Positions 1-10,500 of a DNA stretch of 64,000 nucleotides are shown here, piece by piece. Below the pieces are notes generated by a model, which saw only the letters and a list, made by a program, of their open reading frames with translations, searched no databases and had not been told where the DNA came from. Source of the stretch: Calditrichia bacterium (lineage in GTDB: Bacteria > Calditrichota > Calditrichia > RBG-13-44-9 > J075); NCBI GenBank assembly GCA_965227145.1, contig OZ245730.1, forward strand, positions 451,661-515,660, in the 5' to 3' direction. The position numbers and the translations under genes are program-made. Positions within the stretch are counted from its first letter, which is position 1. Each line of letters begins with the position of its first letter.

Positions 1-967
1 GGCCGGGAATGTGAGTACCACGGCAACGTTGCGGCTCACTCAAATTCCGCTGGATGAAAATACGCAAACCACTGCCAGTGTGAACACAACGACGGAAACG
101 GTTGACATCAACATGGTGCCGACCCAGCTGGAACTGCGCATAATTGACGAAGTGACGCTGAACGAAGGCAGTTATACAGCCGGACAGCAAAATCTGGCGG
201 TGTTCGGTTTGGCGTTCAGAAACCCGAATCCTGCCGAAATTATCCGAGTGGATTCGATTCATATTCGTGTTACGGAAAACGAATCCAACGTGCCGGATAT
301 CCAAAATTTGTTGTCACGAATGGAAATGGTCAGTTGGGGATTTTATCAAACAAGCCCGAACGGCAATGCAACACCACCGGATCAATTGATTAGCGTGGCA
401 ATATCTGATCCGGGTTCGAATCCGGTGCAACTGATATTTGACCAGCCGTTGCAGATTCCAGCCGGCGAGAGCGACAGTCTGGTGTTGCGCATCGATTTAT
501 CCGGCGCACAGCTGAACCGCAATTTCAATCTGTCGATCAGCAATGTGTGGGCACGCGGCGCATCCTCAAATCCGGCAGATGTGCTGGACGGTTTCGGCAC
601 ACCGATCATCAATTCCGGTTCGATCAAGTCCGGCGGTATTACCATTCTTTCCGGCGACCCGGAAGTGGCGTTCCGCAACTATCCCAACCCGTTTGGGAAA
701 GACAGCAACAACGGCTCGGGGCTGACCTTTTTCTCATTCGTAATGGAAAGCGGCAGCGAAGCGACCATCAGCATTTATACCCTCACCGGTCAACTGGTCT
801 ATCGCCAAACCGAATCCGGGCTGGATAGCGGCGGCAGGTTGTATAACAGAACGCTGTTCTGGAATGGTAAAAACGATGTTGGGCAAACTGTGGTGAACGG
901 TGTTTACATCGCAATTCTGGAAGCCAACGGGCGGCAGTACACCACAAAGGTTGCATTCGTAAAATAG
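1..967 (+). CDS. secreted protein with type IX secretion (Por) C-terminal sorting domain; 5' end lies upstream of window
   Basis: Reading frame is open from nt 2 with no upstream stop, so the N-terminus is truncated by the window edge. The last ~80 aa (…GKNDVGQTVVNGVYIAILEANGRQYTTKVAFVK) fit the T9SS CTD pattern. Confidence 0.6.
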   Translation, partial: AGNVSTTATLRLTQIPLDENTQTTASVNTTTETVDINMVPTQLELRIIDEVTLNEGSYTAGQQNLAVFGLAFRNPNPAEIIRVDSIHIRVTENESNVPDIQNLLSRMEMVSWGFYQTSPNGNATPPDQLISVAISDPGSNPVQLIFDQPLQIPAGESDSLVLRIDLSGAQLNRNFNLSISNVWARGASSNPADVLDGFGTPIINSGSIKSGGITILSGDPEVAFRNYPNPFGKDSNNGSGLTFFSFVMESGSEATISIYTLTGQLVYRQTESGLDSGGRLYNRTLFWNGKNDVGQTVVNGVYIAILEANGRQYTTKVAFVK

Positions 968-1031
968 TGTAAATATTAAATTTGTAAAAAATGCTTTGCG
1001 GTTGTATTCAACATAGAGCAATGGACAGAAC

Positions 1032-2960
1032 ATGAGTAAACTAAGAAAAATAATCCGGCAAATGAGTATATCCATCACGTTAACGCTGTTGATGGGGACA
1101 CATATTACCGGTCTTGCACAGGATGCCGGCTTACAAAACCCGCTGCACGAGCTAGGCGCAGGCGCGCGCGCGTTTTCACTGGGGCGAGCATATGTGGCAA
1201 TGGCGGATGATCCATCGGCCGTTTATTGGAATCCGGCAGGTTTGGAATATGTGCCGCGCATGTCGTTCACGCTGTTCCGCAGTCCGCTGGCGTTGGCCGG
1301 CGTCAGTTACGATTTCATCGGGTTCGTGTTTCCCACCCTTCAATTGGGTAGTGTGGGTGTCGGGTATTCGCGTATTGGCGTGGGTGATATTTTATTCACG
1401 GATGAATCCAACGCAACAGACGGCTCAACATTTAGTTACGATTTCAGCGAAATTTACATCGCTTACGCCAAAAAAATTTGGTGGGGGCTTACACCGGGGT
1501 TAACCTTTAAAGTGCACCAACAATCTATATCGCTTACCGGACAGGATAACAGCGCATTCGGGCTGGATGCCGGATTAATGTATCGTCCCGGTTTTCAGGA
1601 TGGGATTTTCAGTGGCGTTTCCGTCGGGTTCCATTATCAGAATTTGATTAAACCGGAGCTGAATTTTTCGGCAAACAAGGATACACTGGCCAATCAGATG
1701 TCCATCGGGCTGATGAAAGGCATTCCGTTGGGATTAAGCGGAAAATTGAATGTGCTGCTCAGTTATGTGCAAATAGAAAACGGCACCAGCGCATTTCACA
1801 CCGGCGCGGAATACCAGTTCCAGAATATGGGCAACATCCGGGTTGGGTTCGACAATAATACGCCGTCGTTTGGTGCTGGTGTTGAATACAAATTTATGAA
1901 TATCGATTACGCGTTCGGCAACTTGAGCACGGATAACGCATTCAGCGCATCGCACCGTTTTTCGGTGACGTTCAACCTCGGGAAATCCCGCGAGGAAAAA
2001 ATATTGCAGGCTGATGAAAACCGCATCGCCAGAGAAAAAGAATTGGTCGAAAGCACCAAAACGCAGGAACGCCAGCGCCGCATCTCCGAAAGTATGCAGC
2101 GCGGAAAAGATTATCTGGACAACTCAAATTATTTTGAAGCATCGGTTGAATTCCAGCGCGTCATTCAGGACGACCCGTTCAACACTACCGCGCAGGCGCT
2201 GTTCGACAGCTCGCAAGGATTTATCGAACGGGAATTTGAGAAACGCCAGAATGAAGCCATCGAACAAGCTGTGGACGCAGAGTTGGCTGCGAAAACCCAA
2301 CAACAGATTAACATCTATTTTGAACGTGGTCGTAACCTTCTGCAAAATAAGCAATATACGGACGCGTTGATGCAATTTAATCAGGCGTTGGAATTGCGCC
2401 CGGATGACCCGGTGTTAACCGAAGCCGCCAATTCCACCAAACGCCAGTTGAGCGAAGAAGTGCGCACACTGGTGCAGGATGCCCGCCAGAAATTCCGGTT
2501 GGGCAATTATTCGGATGCGTTGCAGGTGCTCAGCGAGGCGATGATTCTTTCGCCCGATCCGGATCAGCCGGCCAGCCAGGCATTGCGTGATGAAATCAAC
2601 ACGCTCACCCGCCGGATTCGCTTGCAGCAATTCCTGATTCGCGGATTGGCGCTGCTCCGTGCGGAAGAATATACCGAAGCGCTGACCGTTTTTGAGGAAG
2701 CGATCAGGCTCGATCCGACCAACGAAACGCTCCGGCAATATCTGGATCAAACCCGATTGCAATTGGGCACACGCCGGGAAAAAATGGATCCGGAATCCGA
2801 GAGCCAATATGCTGAGGCAATGGACCACTTCCTGGCCGGTCGATATGAACGCTCACTGGAAATTTTCCGCAGATTATCGGAAAAATATCCATATAACAAA
2901 AAACTTCAGGATGCAATCGGGGTTGTCGAAGATCGTATAAAACGCAGTAATAATCAATAA
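1032..2960 (+). CDS. outer-membrane beta-barrel protein (FadL/PorV-like) fused to C-terminal coiled-coil/TPR domain
   Basis: Signal peptide. Alternating beta-strand-like N-terminal ~310 aa with the FadL/TodX-family motif (…SAVYWNPAGLEY). C-terminal ~300 aa is Glu/Gln/Arg-rich with repeated TPR-like 34-aa units (YTDALMQFNQALEL, YSDALQVLSEA, YTEALTVFEEAIRL). Confidence 0.5.
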   Translation: MSKLRKIIRQMSISITLTLLMGTHITGLAQDAGLQNPLHELGAGARAFSLGRAYVAMADDPSAVYWNPAGLEYVPRMSFTLFRSPLALAGVSYDFIGFVFPTLQLGSVGVGYSRIGVGDILFTDESNATDGSTFSYDFSEIYIAYAKKIWWGLTPGLTFKVHQQSISLTGQDNSAFGLDAGLMYRPGFQDGIFSGVSVGFHYQNLIKPELNFSANKDTLANQMSIGLMKGIPLGLSGKLNVLLSYVQIENGTSAFHTGAEYQFQNMGNIRVGFDNNTPSFGAGVEYKFMNIDYAFGNLSTDNAFSASHRFSVTFNLGKSREEKILQADENRIAREKELVESTKTQERQRRISESMQRGKDYLDNSNYFEASVEFQRVIQDDPFNTTAQALFDSSQGFIEREFEKRQNEAIEQAVDAELAAKTQQQINIYFERGRNLLQNKQYTDALMQFNQALELRPDDPVLTEAANSTKRQLSEEVRTLVQDARQKFRLGNYSDALQVLSEAMILSPDPDQPASQALRDEINTLTRRIRLQQFLIRGLALLRAEEYTEALTVFEEAIRLDPTNETLRQYLDQTRLQLGTRREKMDPESESQYAEAMDHFLAGRYERSLEIFRRLSEKYPYNKKLQDAIGVVEDRIKRSNNQ

Positions 2961-3099
2961 CTCGAACACGCTGATCTGCCACGTGTTTTTTCGGGGCTAA
3001 ATTCTGTAAACTTATAAAAATACGGAATGATTATCCCAAAAAATCGTTTGGTAATCGGGTGATGGCAAACTAATTTTATTGAAAAACTGATTCAAGAGA

Positions 3100-5712
3100 A
3101 TGTTCAAAAATATCTCCAAGGAAGAACTTGTTGTTCCCGCCGCGATGACCCAACTGGCATCGGTTCGCGATTTTATTGAACACATCGGCAAGAAATACAA
3201 GATTTCTCCCAAAATAGTGAATTCCTTTAAACTGGTGGTGGATGAAGCCTGTACCAACATCATCCGGCACGGTTACCAGAACGTAAAGGATGGTAAAATT
3301 ACCATCCGGGCGATTATGCGTCGCCTGAGCGTTACGCTGGTGATCATCGATAAAGGGAAAACCTTCGACCCGCGGCAATTGAAAAACCCGGATCTGGATC
3401 AGTACGTCAAAATCGGGAAAAAGGGTGGTTTGGGCATTTTGATGATGCGCCGCCTGATGGACGATATCCAATACAACATCACTGCCGAAGGCAACGAACT
3501 GCGCCTCACAAAAACCCGCGATGCGGCTATTGAATCGTCTGTTTCTGCATATTACAATTCCATGTCGCTGCGGCGTAAGTTTTTTCTTTTCACATGTTTA
3601 GGGATGTTTTTGGTGACAGCCATCGCATATTTTGCGGTGGTGCCGAGCGTAAAATCCAATGTGCAAAAGAACCTGTTTGCGGATGTCCGGGCGATTGCCC
3701 AGGATTTCGCAAAAACCAATTACGAACTGCTCCGCGAAGAGCAGGATTTGATTCTGGCGGAGAACGCCAAATCGATTCAGCAAAACCGCCCGGATCTGGT
3801 GCAACGCGCAATGATCGCCCGGCAAGATTGGGAAATTATTGCGGTTTATCCGTTTGATCGCGAAATGATCAACCAAAAATTGTTGATCGATGAATTGAGC
3901 GTGATGGAGAGCGATAGCCAGATTACCATTTACGAATCCGAAGTGGATGGCCGGTTGTGCTATTATTTTATTGCACCCGTTCGCCCGGAAACCGGCGATA
4001 TCGATCCGATCGGTTACGCCCTGCTGCAGGTGGACGACGAGCATATTCAAAATAAAATTGCCGGCGAAAATGTTCGCTGGGTTATTTTCCTCGGTATTTT
4101 GATGTTTGGCGGCATCCTCGGGATTGGCTGGATGGTCACGCAAATTACCAAACCGTTCCACCGATTGGCAGAATGGGTGCGGCAAGTTGCCCGGGGACAG
4201 GTGGATCAGGAGGAAATTGACATCGACGCCCGCGATGAAATCGGGGAAATTGCCCAGGCTTTTAGCGAAGTGACCAGCAAATTCCGCGAAGCGCAGGCAA
4301 ATGTGATCGAGCAACAGCGGCTCCAGAAAGAGTTGCAGGTTGCCCAGGAAATTCAGCAAATGTTGCTGCCCAACGATTTCCCGGATGTGGTCGGATACGA
4401 TATTACATCGTATTATCAATCCGCAAAAGAAGTGGGCGGGGATTTGTTCGACTTTGTGCAAGTCGATGACCAGAGCATCGGCATTTGCGTTGCAGACGTT
4501 TCCGGTAAAGGCATTCCCGGATCGTTGGTGATGACGATGATCCGCACATCGCTGCGGCTGGAAGCGCGCGCCAACAAAAATCCGGCCGAAGTGCTCACCA
4601 AAGTGAACAGTTTTGTGACAGACGATATTCGCCGGGGCATGTTTGTCACCATGTTTTATGTGATTCTCGATTCCCGCGAACGGACGGTTTCATTTGCCAG
4701 CGCCGGTCACAACCCGATGATCGTGTATCGCGGAAAAAGCAAAGAAACCTATTACCTCAATCCATCGGGTTTCCCGGTGGGCATTACTTTGCCGGATATC
4801 AAATTATTTGGCGAACGGGTGCAGGCAGACCGCATCCGGCTCCACCCGGATGACATTTTGGTGCTCTACACCGACGGCATCACCGAAGCGATGAACGCAC
4901 AGCGCGAGCTGTATGGTGATGAGCGATTTTTATCCGCCATCCGTAAATTCGGGCATTTGGATGTTGTCGAATTTGTGAACGCGCTGAAAAATGATATTTT
5001 GACATTTACCGGCGGTTTCGAACAAAACGACGATATTACATTGGTTGCCATCAAAGAAAACATGGCGGCTGTTGATGTAAAAGTGAACGGTTTCCAGGAT
5101 ATGTTCGAAGCTGTTCAGGAATACGATGAATTGACCGTGGCGGAAGCCTGCAAAATCGCCGGAATTTCGTCATCCACTTTCTACCGCTATCGCAAAATTT
5201 ACGAAGAAGGTGGCTACGATTTGCTTCGCGAAATGCTTCACGGATACACCAACCTCGGTTTGCGCCATATGAGTGTGGAATTGAAAACGAAAATGTATGA
5301 CATCATCCGCAGATACCCGCATTACGGCCCGAAAAAAATCAGCGATTTGCTGAATACGGAAGAATACGGATTTGTGGAAATGCCGCCGGTGCTGATTTAC
5401 GAAGAACTCAAACGTGCCAAACTGAATACCAAAGAACGCCGGGAATCGTTTGTGCAGCGCGGTGGAAAACGGCGCCTCAAACCGCCGGGAACGCCGCTGT
5501 TGACGCTCGATGGCGAAGTGCTGGTCGGTTTCCGCAGCGAAGATCAGCCGGCGATAGATATGCCGTTTGCGCCCGCACCGATAAATTCATCTGTGCGCAG
5601 CAAAGAAAAACTGATTTCCGCACGCGGAAAAGCGCATAAAACAGCATTTGGAAATCTTCAGCGATATGAAGAAACCCGTGTCGATCAACCGGATAAAGAT
5701 GACGAAAATTAA
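3100..5712 (+). CDS. multidomain partner-switching protein: RsbW-like anti-sigma HATPase + 2-TM sensor + HAMP + PP2C/SpoIIE phosphatase + C-terminal transposase-type HTH tail
   Basis: N-terminus matches anti-sigma regulatory kinases (VDEACTNIIRHGYQ…GGLGILMMRRLMDDI). Two hydrophobic helices follow (FLFTCLGMFLVTAIAYFAVVP, WVIFLGILMFGGILGIGWMV), then a HAMP-like linker. PP2C motifs are present (DFVQVDD…GICVADVSGKG, AGHNPMIVYR, LYTDGITEA). The last ~190 aa carry IS3 OrfA-like and HTH_21-like helices (LTVAEACKIAGISSSTFYRYRKIYEEGG, RRYPHYGPKKISDLLNTEEYGF). Confidence 0.75.
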   Translation: MFKNISKEELVVPAAMTQLASVRDFIEHIGKKYKISPKIVNSFKLVVDEACTNIIRHGYQNVKDGKITIRAIMRRLSVTLVIIDKGKTFDPRQLKNPDLDQYVKIGKKGGLGILMMRRLMDDIQYNITAEGNELRLTKTRDAAIESSVSAYYNSMSLRRKFFLFTCLGMFLVTAIAYFAVVPSVKSNVQKNLFADVRAIAQDFAKTNYELLREEQDLILAENAKSIQQNRPDLVQRAMIARQDWEIIAVYPFDREMINQKLLIDELSVMESDSQITIYESEVDGRLCYYFIAPVRPETGDIDPIGYALLQVDDEHIQNKIAGENVRWVIFLGILMFGGILGIGWMVTQITKPFHRLAEWVRQVARGQVDQEEIDIDARDEIGEIAQAFSEVTSKFREAQANVIEQQRLQKELQVAQEIQQMLLPNDFPDVVGYDITSYYQSAKEVGGDLFDFVQVDDQSIGICVADVSGKGIPGSLVMTMIRTSLRLEARANKNPAEVLTKVNSFVTDDIRRGMFVTMFYVILDSRERTVSFASAGHNPMIVYRGKSKETYYLNPSGFPVGITLPDIKLFGERVQADRIRLHPDDILVLYTDGITEAMNAQRELYGDERFLSAIRKFGHLDVVEFVNALKNDILTFTGGFEQNDDITLVAIKENMAAVDVKVNGFQDMFEAVQEYDELTVAEACKIAGISSSTFYRYRKIYEEGGYDLLREMLHGYTNLGLRHMSVELKTKMYDIIRRYPHYGPKKISDLLNTEEYGFVEMPPVLIYEELKRAKLNTKERRESFVQRGGKRRLKPPGTPLLTLDGEVLVGFRSEDQPAIDMPFAPAPINSSVRSKEKLISARGKAHKTAFGNLQRYEETRVDQPDKDDEN

Positions 5713-5847
5713 AAATCGTCCGGGTTGTTTTGAGTAAATGATGTTGTATCTTTGACAATATCATTATTCACAAAAATGATTTTTTTCTGTATAAAATGAA
5801 TATAAAGTTCGATGATAAAAAAGATATAATGACTGACGGAGGATTGA

Positions 5848-6630
5848 ATGGAAGGAATTCAAGTCTCAACGCTTAACGCCGGATCCCACAACCAGATTTC
5901 TATTATTAAAGTGGGCGGTTATATTGACACAACGACCTCCGCCGAAGTAGAGCGTTCGCTGAATGCTTTGCTCAAACAGGGGCGTTACCAAATCATAATT
6001 GATTTGGGTGCTGTCGACTACATCAGTAGCGCCGGTTGGGGGATTTTCATCAGTGAAATCAAATCGATCCGGGAAAATAACGGCGATCTGAAACTGGTGC
6101 AGATGATCCCGGATGTATATGAAATTTTTGAACTTCTGGAATTTCATCACATTTTGGATGTTTACGACTCGGTGCAGGAAGCGGTGAACAAATTTGAAGA
6201 ATCGCAATATGTTGAAGTGGTTTCGGAATCCCGGGTTAAAGCGCAGCCGAAAGAAGCCGCGCCAAAACCGGTAACGAATACCGCACCAACAGCGCAAACG
6301 CCACCCACACCACGGTACGAAAATCGTGAGCAAGCGGCAACGGCAGCTGCGCCAAAACTGCCCAATTTACCCAATTCCGCTGCAACAGCCGCTACGGAAG
6401 AGCCGCGTAAACAATCCATAATAGATACGGCAACCCTTCCTGTTGAGGAAAAAGTGAAACACATCGTCCGGCAAAACCCGGAATTCGGTGCATACAAAAT
6501 CAACAAACGGTTGAATACACCGGATTATGGTTTTGCGCGAATCGGTTGGTTCGGCGTGCGTTCCCTGCTCAGTCAGTTGGGATTAAATTCCCGCGGCAAA
6601 CGCCGTGAATTTGCGCAAAAATCCAGATAA
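5848..6630 (+). CDS. STAS-domain anti-sigma-factor antagonist (SpoIIAA/RsbV-like) with Pro/Ala-rich linker and transposase HTH_21-like C-terminal tail
   Basis: The first ~110 aa are a STAS fold (…IIDLGAVDYISSAGWGIFIS…). A low-complexity P/A/T linker follows. The tail (VRQNPEFGAYKINKRLNTPDYGFARIGWFGVRSLLSQLGL) is clearly homologous to the tail of the upstream 870-aa protein. Confidence 0.7.
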   Translation: MEGIQVSTLNAGSHNQISIIKVGGYIDTTTSAEVERSLNALLKQGRYQIIIDLGAVDYISSAGWGIFISEIKSIRENNGDLKLVQMIPDVYEIFELLEFHHILDVYDSVQEAVNKFEESQYVEVVSESRVKAQPKEAAPKPVTNTAPTAQTPPTPRYENREQAATAAAPKLPNLPNSAATAATEEPRKQSIIDTATLPVEEKVKHIVRQNPEFGAYKINKRLNTPDYGFARIGWFGVRSLLSQLGLNSRGKRREFAQKSR

Positions 6631-6702
6631 ACCGGTTTTTGTCGCGCATTCTGCGAAATTGCAAACATAGTTATGCCGGATTTTTCCGGCAAAAAAAGTT
6701 AA

Positions 6703-6737
6703 AGACAGGCTTCTGAAGCACTGTCTTTGCCTTTTTA
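6703..6737 (+). terminator. putative Rho-independent terminator after STAS gene
   Basis: Stem gacag…ctgtc (6704-6708 / 6721-6725) followed by ttgccttttt. Confidence 0.4.
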
Positions 6738-6868
6738 GGGGATTTGCCAATTTCAGAAACTTTTAGTGGTTTTCCGGGTAAACAATCTGAACGTTCCGGA
6801 TTCGGATCAACGCTGTGTTGTCAACAAAAAAGCCAAAACAAACGCTAATCTGCCAATGTAAATTCGAT

Positions 6869-7540
6869 ATGAAATTATCTCCCAAATACCTGTTTTTACT
6901 GATGATATTCGCGGTATTGTTTGCGACGCAGTCCGTAGTTGCCCAAAACCCGGTATCGGTTGCGCGCATCAAATACGACGGCGGCGGAGATTGGTATGGA
7001 AACCGCACCACATTTGTCAATCTGTTCCGCTTCATGCGGGAAAACAACAATGTGGAAACAACCGAACGGGAAATTGTGCTTTCAATTACCGATAAAGATT
7101 TTTTCAAATATCCGATTGCCTATATTGCCGGACATGGCAACATCAAATTTTCTGCGCCGGAAGCAAGTCGCTTGCGCGAATATCTGATAAAAGGCGGCTT
7201 TCTGTGGGCAGATGACGATTACGGGATGGACCCGTATTTTCGCCGGGAAATGAAAAAAGTTTTCCCGGAATCGGACTGGGTTGCGCTGCCATTTTCGCAC
7301 CCGGTTTTTCACATGCAGTTTAATTTTTCCAATGGATTGCCAAAAATCCACAAACACGATGGCGGCCCGCCGGTTGCATTCGGGCTCTTTTTTGAAGGAC
7401 GAATGGTGGCATTTTACAGTTACAATACCGATATCAGCGATGGCTGCGAGGATGCCGACGTTCACAACGACCCGCCGGAAGTGCGCCGTTCCGCCCTGCA
7501 AATGGGAACCAATATTTTATTGTGGGCAATGTTGCAGTAA
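6869..7540 (+). CDS. secreted hypothetical protein (DUF4159-like)
   Basis: The ATG at 6869 gives a signal peptide (MKLSPKYLFLLMIFAVLFATQSVVAQ). The frame is conserved to 7540. The upstream in-frame extension from 6815 is unlikely to be coding. Confidence 0.45.
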   Translation: MKLSPKYLFLLMIFAVLFATQSVVAQNPVSVARIKYDGGGDWYGNRTTFVNLFRFMRENNNVETTEREIVLSITDKDFFKYPIAYIAGHGNIKFSAPEASRLREYLIKGGFLWADDDYGMDPYFRREMKKVFPESDWVALPFSHPVFHMQFNFSNGLPKIHKHDGGPPVAFGLFFEGRMVAFYSYNTDISDGCEDADVHNDPPEVRRSALQMGTNILLWAMLQ

Positions 7541-7586
7541 AATGTCCGGTTCAAATTTCGCAAATAATTAAAAAGAAGTACAAATA

Positions 7587-10500
7587 ATGAGCAATACAAT
7601 CGATCCCATCTATCACGAAACGCACGAAAAAGTGTTGGCGGTAAACCGCAAATTCCGGCTGATCCACGTTGGCGCAGCGCTGTTGCAATTTGTGTTTCTG
7701 GCAATTTGCGTGTTTTTGGGATTTCTGTTTATCGAAGTATTGTTCGATTTGATTACGCCGCTGCGTCTGCTGTTTTGGGTGCTGTTGGCTGGCGGTCTCG
7801 GTTATTTTCTGATCAAAGAAATTGTGCCGAATTTGCGCCGCGCATTTTCGCCGGCGGAGCAGGATCTGTATCAAATTTCCCGGCTGATCGGCGATGAAAC
7901 CCCACAGGTGCAGGATGCACTTGTCAATTTTTTGCAAATTTATCGCGATGAAGGCATTGCCACTCACGCAGCGTTCAAAAATCTCTCGCTAAAACAACTT
8001 TACAACACATTCCGCGATGTCGATTTCGGCAAAATTCTCAATCTGGCCGGCTGGAAACGTCCCGGCATTCGGCTGCTCGCCGCGTTGGGCGGATTTGTGT
8101 TTATGTTCCTGCTGTTTCCCGGCGCAACCAACCAGACTTTTTTGAAAATTTTGCATCCGACTCAATCGTTCGAACCGCCGTTTCCGGTCACGCTAAAAAG
8201 CATTTCCGGCGAACAAGTAGTGCTCAAAAACGATCCGGTAACGCTGGAAGGTGAATTCACCGGCGTAATGCCATCGCGATTATGGCTGGTGCTGGAAAAT
8301 TTCGCCGATGACAGCAAATCGCCGGAACTGGAACGACTGGAAGTGCCGCTGCGCAGTGGAAATCGTTTCGAATATGAATTGAAGCATGTCAAAAATCGAT
8401 TCAACTATTGGTTTGAAGCGCAATTGGATATGCGCGGATTTGAAAATCGTCCCGCCAAAAGCGATATGAATGCGGTGCTGGTTAAGGAGCGTCCGTTTAT
8501 CCGCGAGTTGCAGGCAAAGCTGGCATATCCGGTTTACACGCGATTGCCCGAAAAATTTCTGCCGCTCAACGATGGTGAAGTTACCGCGCTGAAAGGCACG
8601 ACGGTTGACATTCGCATCGAGGCAAATAAATCGCTCACCGGCAGTTGGTTTCAGTTCGACGATTCCACCCGGATTGAGCTGCAAACCAATGGAAACCGCG
8701 CAACCGGGCAATTTACGGTTCGGGAAGACGGGCAATATCATGTCGGTATTCGCGATGCGGATGGCATTGAAAATTACCAACCGGTGCAATACGCCGTTTT
8801 TGCGCTGCAGGACGAACTACCGTTTGTGGAAATCACCCGCCCGGGACAGGATCTGGAATTGGGCGAAGAGCTGGATTTGCCACTGCTAATCAATCTTCGT
8901 GACGATTACGGATTTACAAAACTGAGCCTGAAGGGGCGGCACATCAAAGCCGGCTCCACCGGCGATACCAGCGAATTTGCTATCGATGTGCCGTATCAGC
9001 GTATCGAAGCGACGCGGGCGCTGGCGGATTATCGCTGGAATTTGCGCAATTTCTATCTCTCGCCGGATGACTTCGTCGAGTATTTCGCCGAAATTCGCGA
9101 TAACGATGTTATCACCGGACCCAAAACGGCACGCAGCCAAACGTATGTGCTCCGCTTGCCATCGCTGATGGAAGTGCTGGCCAAAGCGGATGAAAATTTA
9201 TCCGAACAATTGGAAGACACCCGCGAAATTGCCGAAGAAACCAAAGCGCTGAAAGAAAAGCTCGAAGAAATAAATCGCGAAATGAAGCGGGAAGAGGAAC
9301 TGACCTGGGAACGCAAACAGCAAATTCAGGAGCAGGCTCAAAAGCAGCAGGAAAATCTGGATAAAATGCAGGAATTGCGCGAAGAACTGGAACAGGTGAT
9401 CAGCGATCTGGAACAGCGCGATGTGCTCAGCCAGGAAACGCTCGAAAAATATATGGAACTCCAGCAGATGATCGAGGACCTCGCTTCGCCGGAAATGCTG
9501 GAAGCGTTGAAAGAGCTGCAAAAAGCGATGGAAAACGCCAACATGGAAGAAATTAAGGAAGCAATGGAACGCTTCGAATTTTCTGTTGAACAATTTGAGG
9601 AACGCATCGAGCGAACGTACGAGTTGTTCAAACGTGTTCAACTGGAACAGAAAATGGACGAGTTGAACAAAATGGCCCAGGAAATGCTGGATGCCCAAAA
9701 GCAAATCAACGAGCAGCTTCAGCAGGAAAATTTGTCGAAAGATCAGCAGGAACAACTCGCCCAACAGGAAGAAAATCTCGCCGAAAACAGCGATGCGATG
9801 GAAGATGCGCTGGAAAAAGCAACTTCGGAATTTGAAGAAATGATGCCGGAAATCGCTGAATCGCTCGAAAAAACGCGCGAATTTATGGACGAGCAGCAAA
9901 TCAGCGAACAGATGCAGCAGATGCAACAGCAAATGCAGCAGGGGCAGCAGCAAAACGCTCAAAAAAGCGGCGAAAATGTCCAAAAACAATTGGAGATGGT
10001 GCAAAGCCAAATGCAGCAAAATCGTCAGCAAATGCAGCAACAACAGCAGCAGGAGTTGATGCAGGCGATGCAAAAAGTACAACAAGATTTGCTGCGGTCT
10101 TCATTTCAGCAGGAAAAATTGGTGGAGCGCTCTCAAAATTCGGATATGGCATCCAACAGCATCAACCAAACCGCCCGCGAGCAGGCTCAGTTGCGGGAGA
10201 ACGCCGGAAATATCGTTCGGCAAATGCTGGAAATTTCCAACAAATCATTTTTTATGCAGCCGGGAATGAGCCAAATTATGCAATCGTTGATGGGAAATAT
10301 GGAAAATGCCCTTCAGGGATTATCGAACCGCAACCCGCGCGGTGCGGCGCGATCGCAGCAAAAAGCGTTGGGCAATTATAATGAAGCAATCATGTCCATG
10401 CAAAGCTCGATGAACAGCATGATGCAATCGCAATCCGGCACCGGATTTGAACAATTTATGCAACAAATGCAGCAAATGGCCGGACAGCAGGGGCAACTGA

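Noticed and set aside
3598-4461. 287-aa minus ORF inside the RsbW-PP2C gene
   Set aside because: It is antisense to a gene with strong domain support.
6674-6700. Hairpin GCCGGA-TTTTT-TCCGGC followed by an A-run
   Set aside because: It is followed by A's rather than T's on the coding strand. The downstream GACAG/CTGTC + T-tract hairpin at 6703-6737 is the better terminator candidate.
9198-10085. 295-aa Leu/His-rich minus-strand ORF
   Set aside because: It is antisense to the Q/E-rich coiled-coil region of the 7587-11009 gene, so the low complexity is mirrored. It has no start context.
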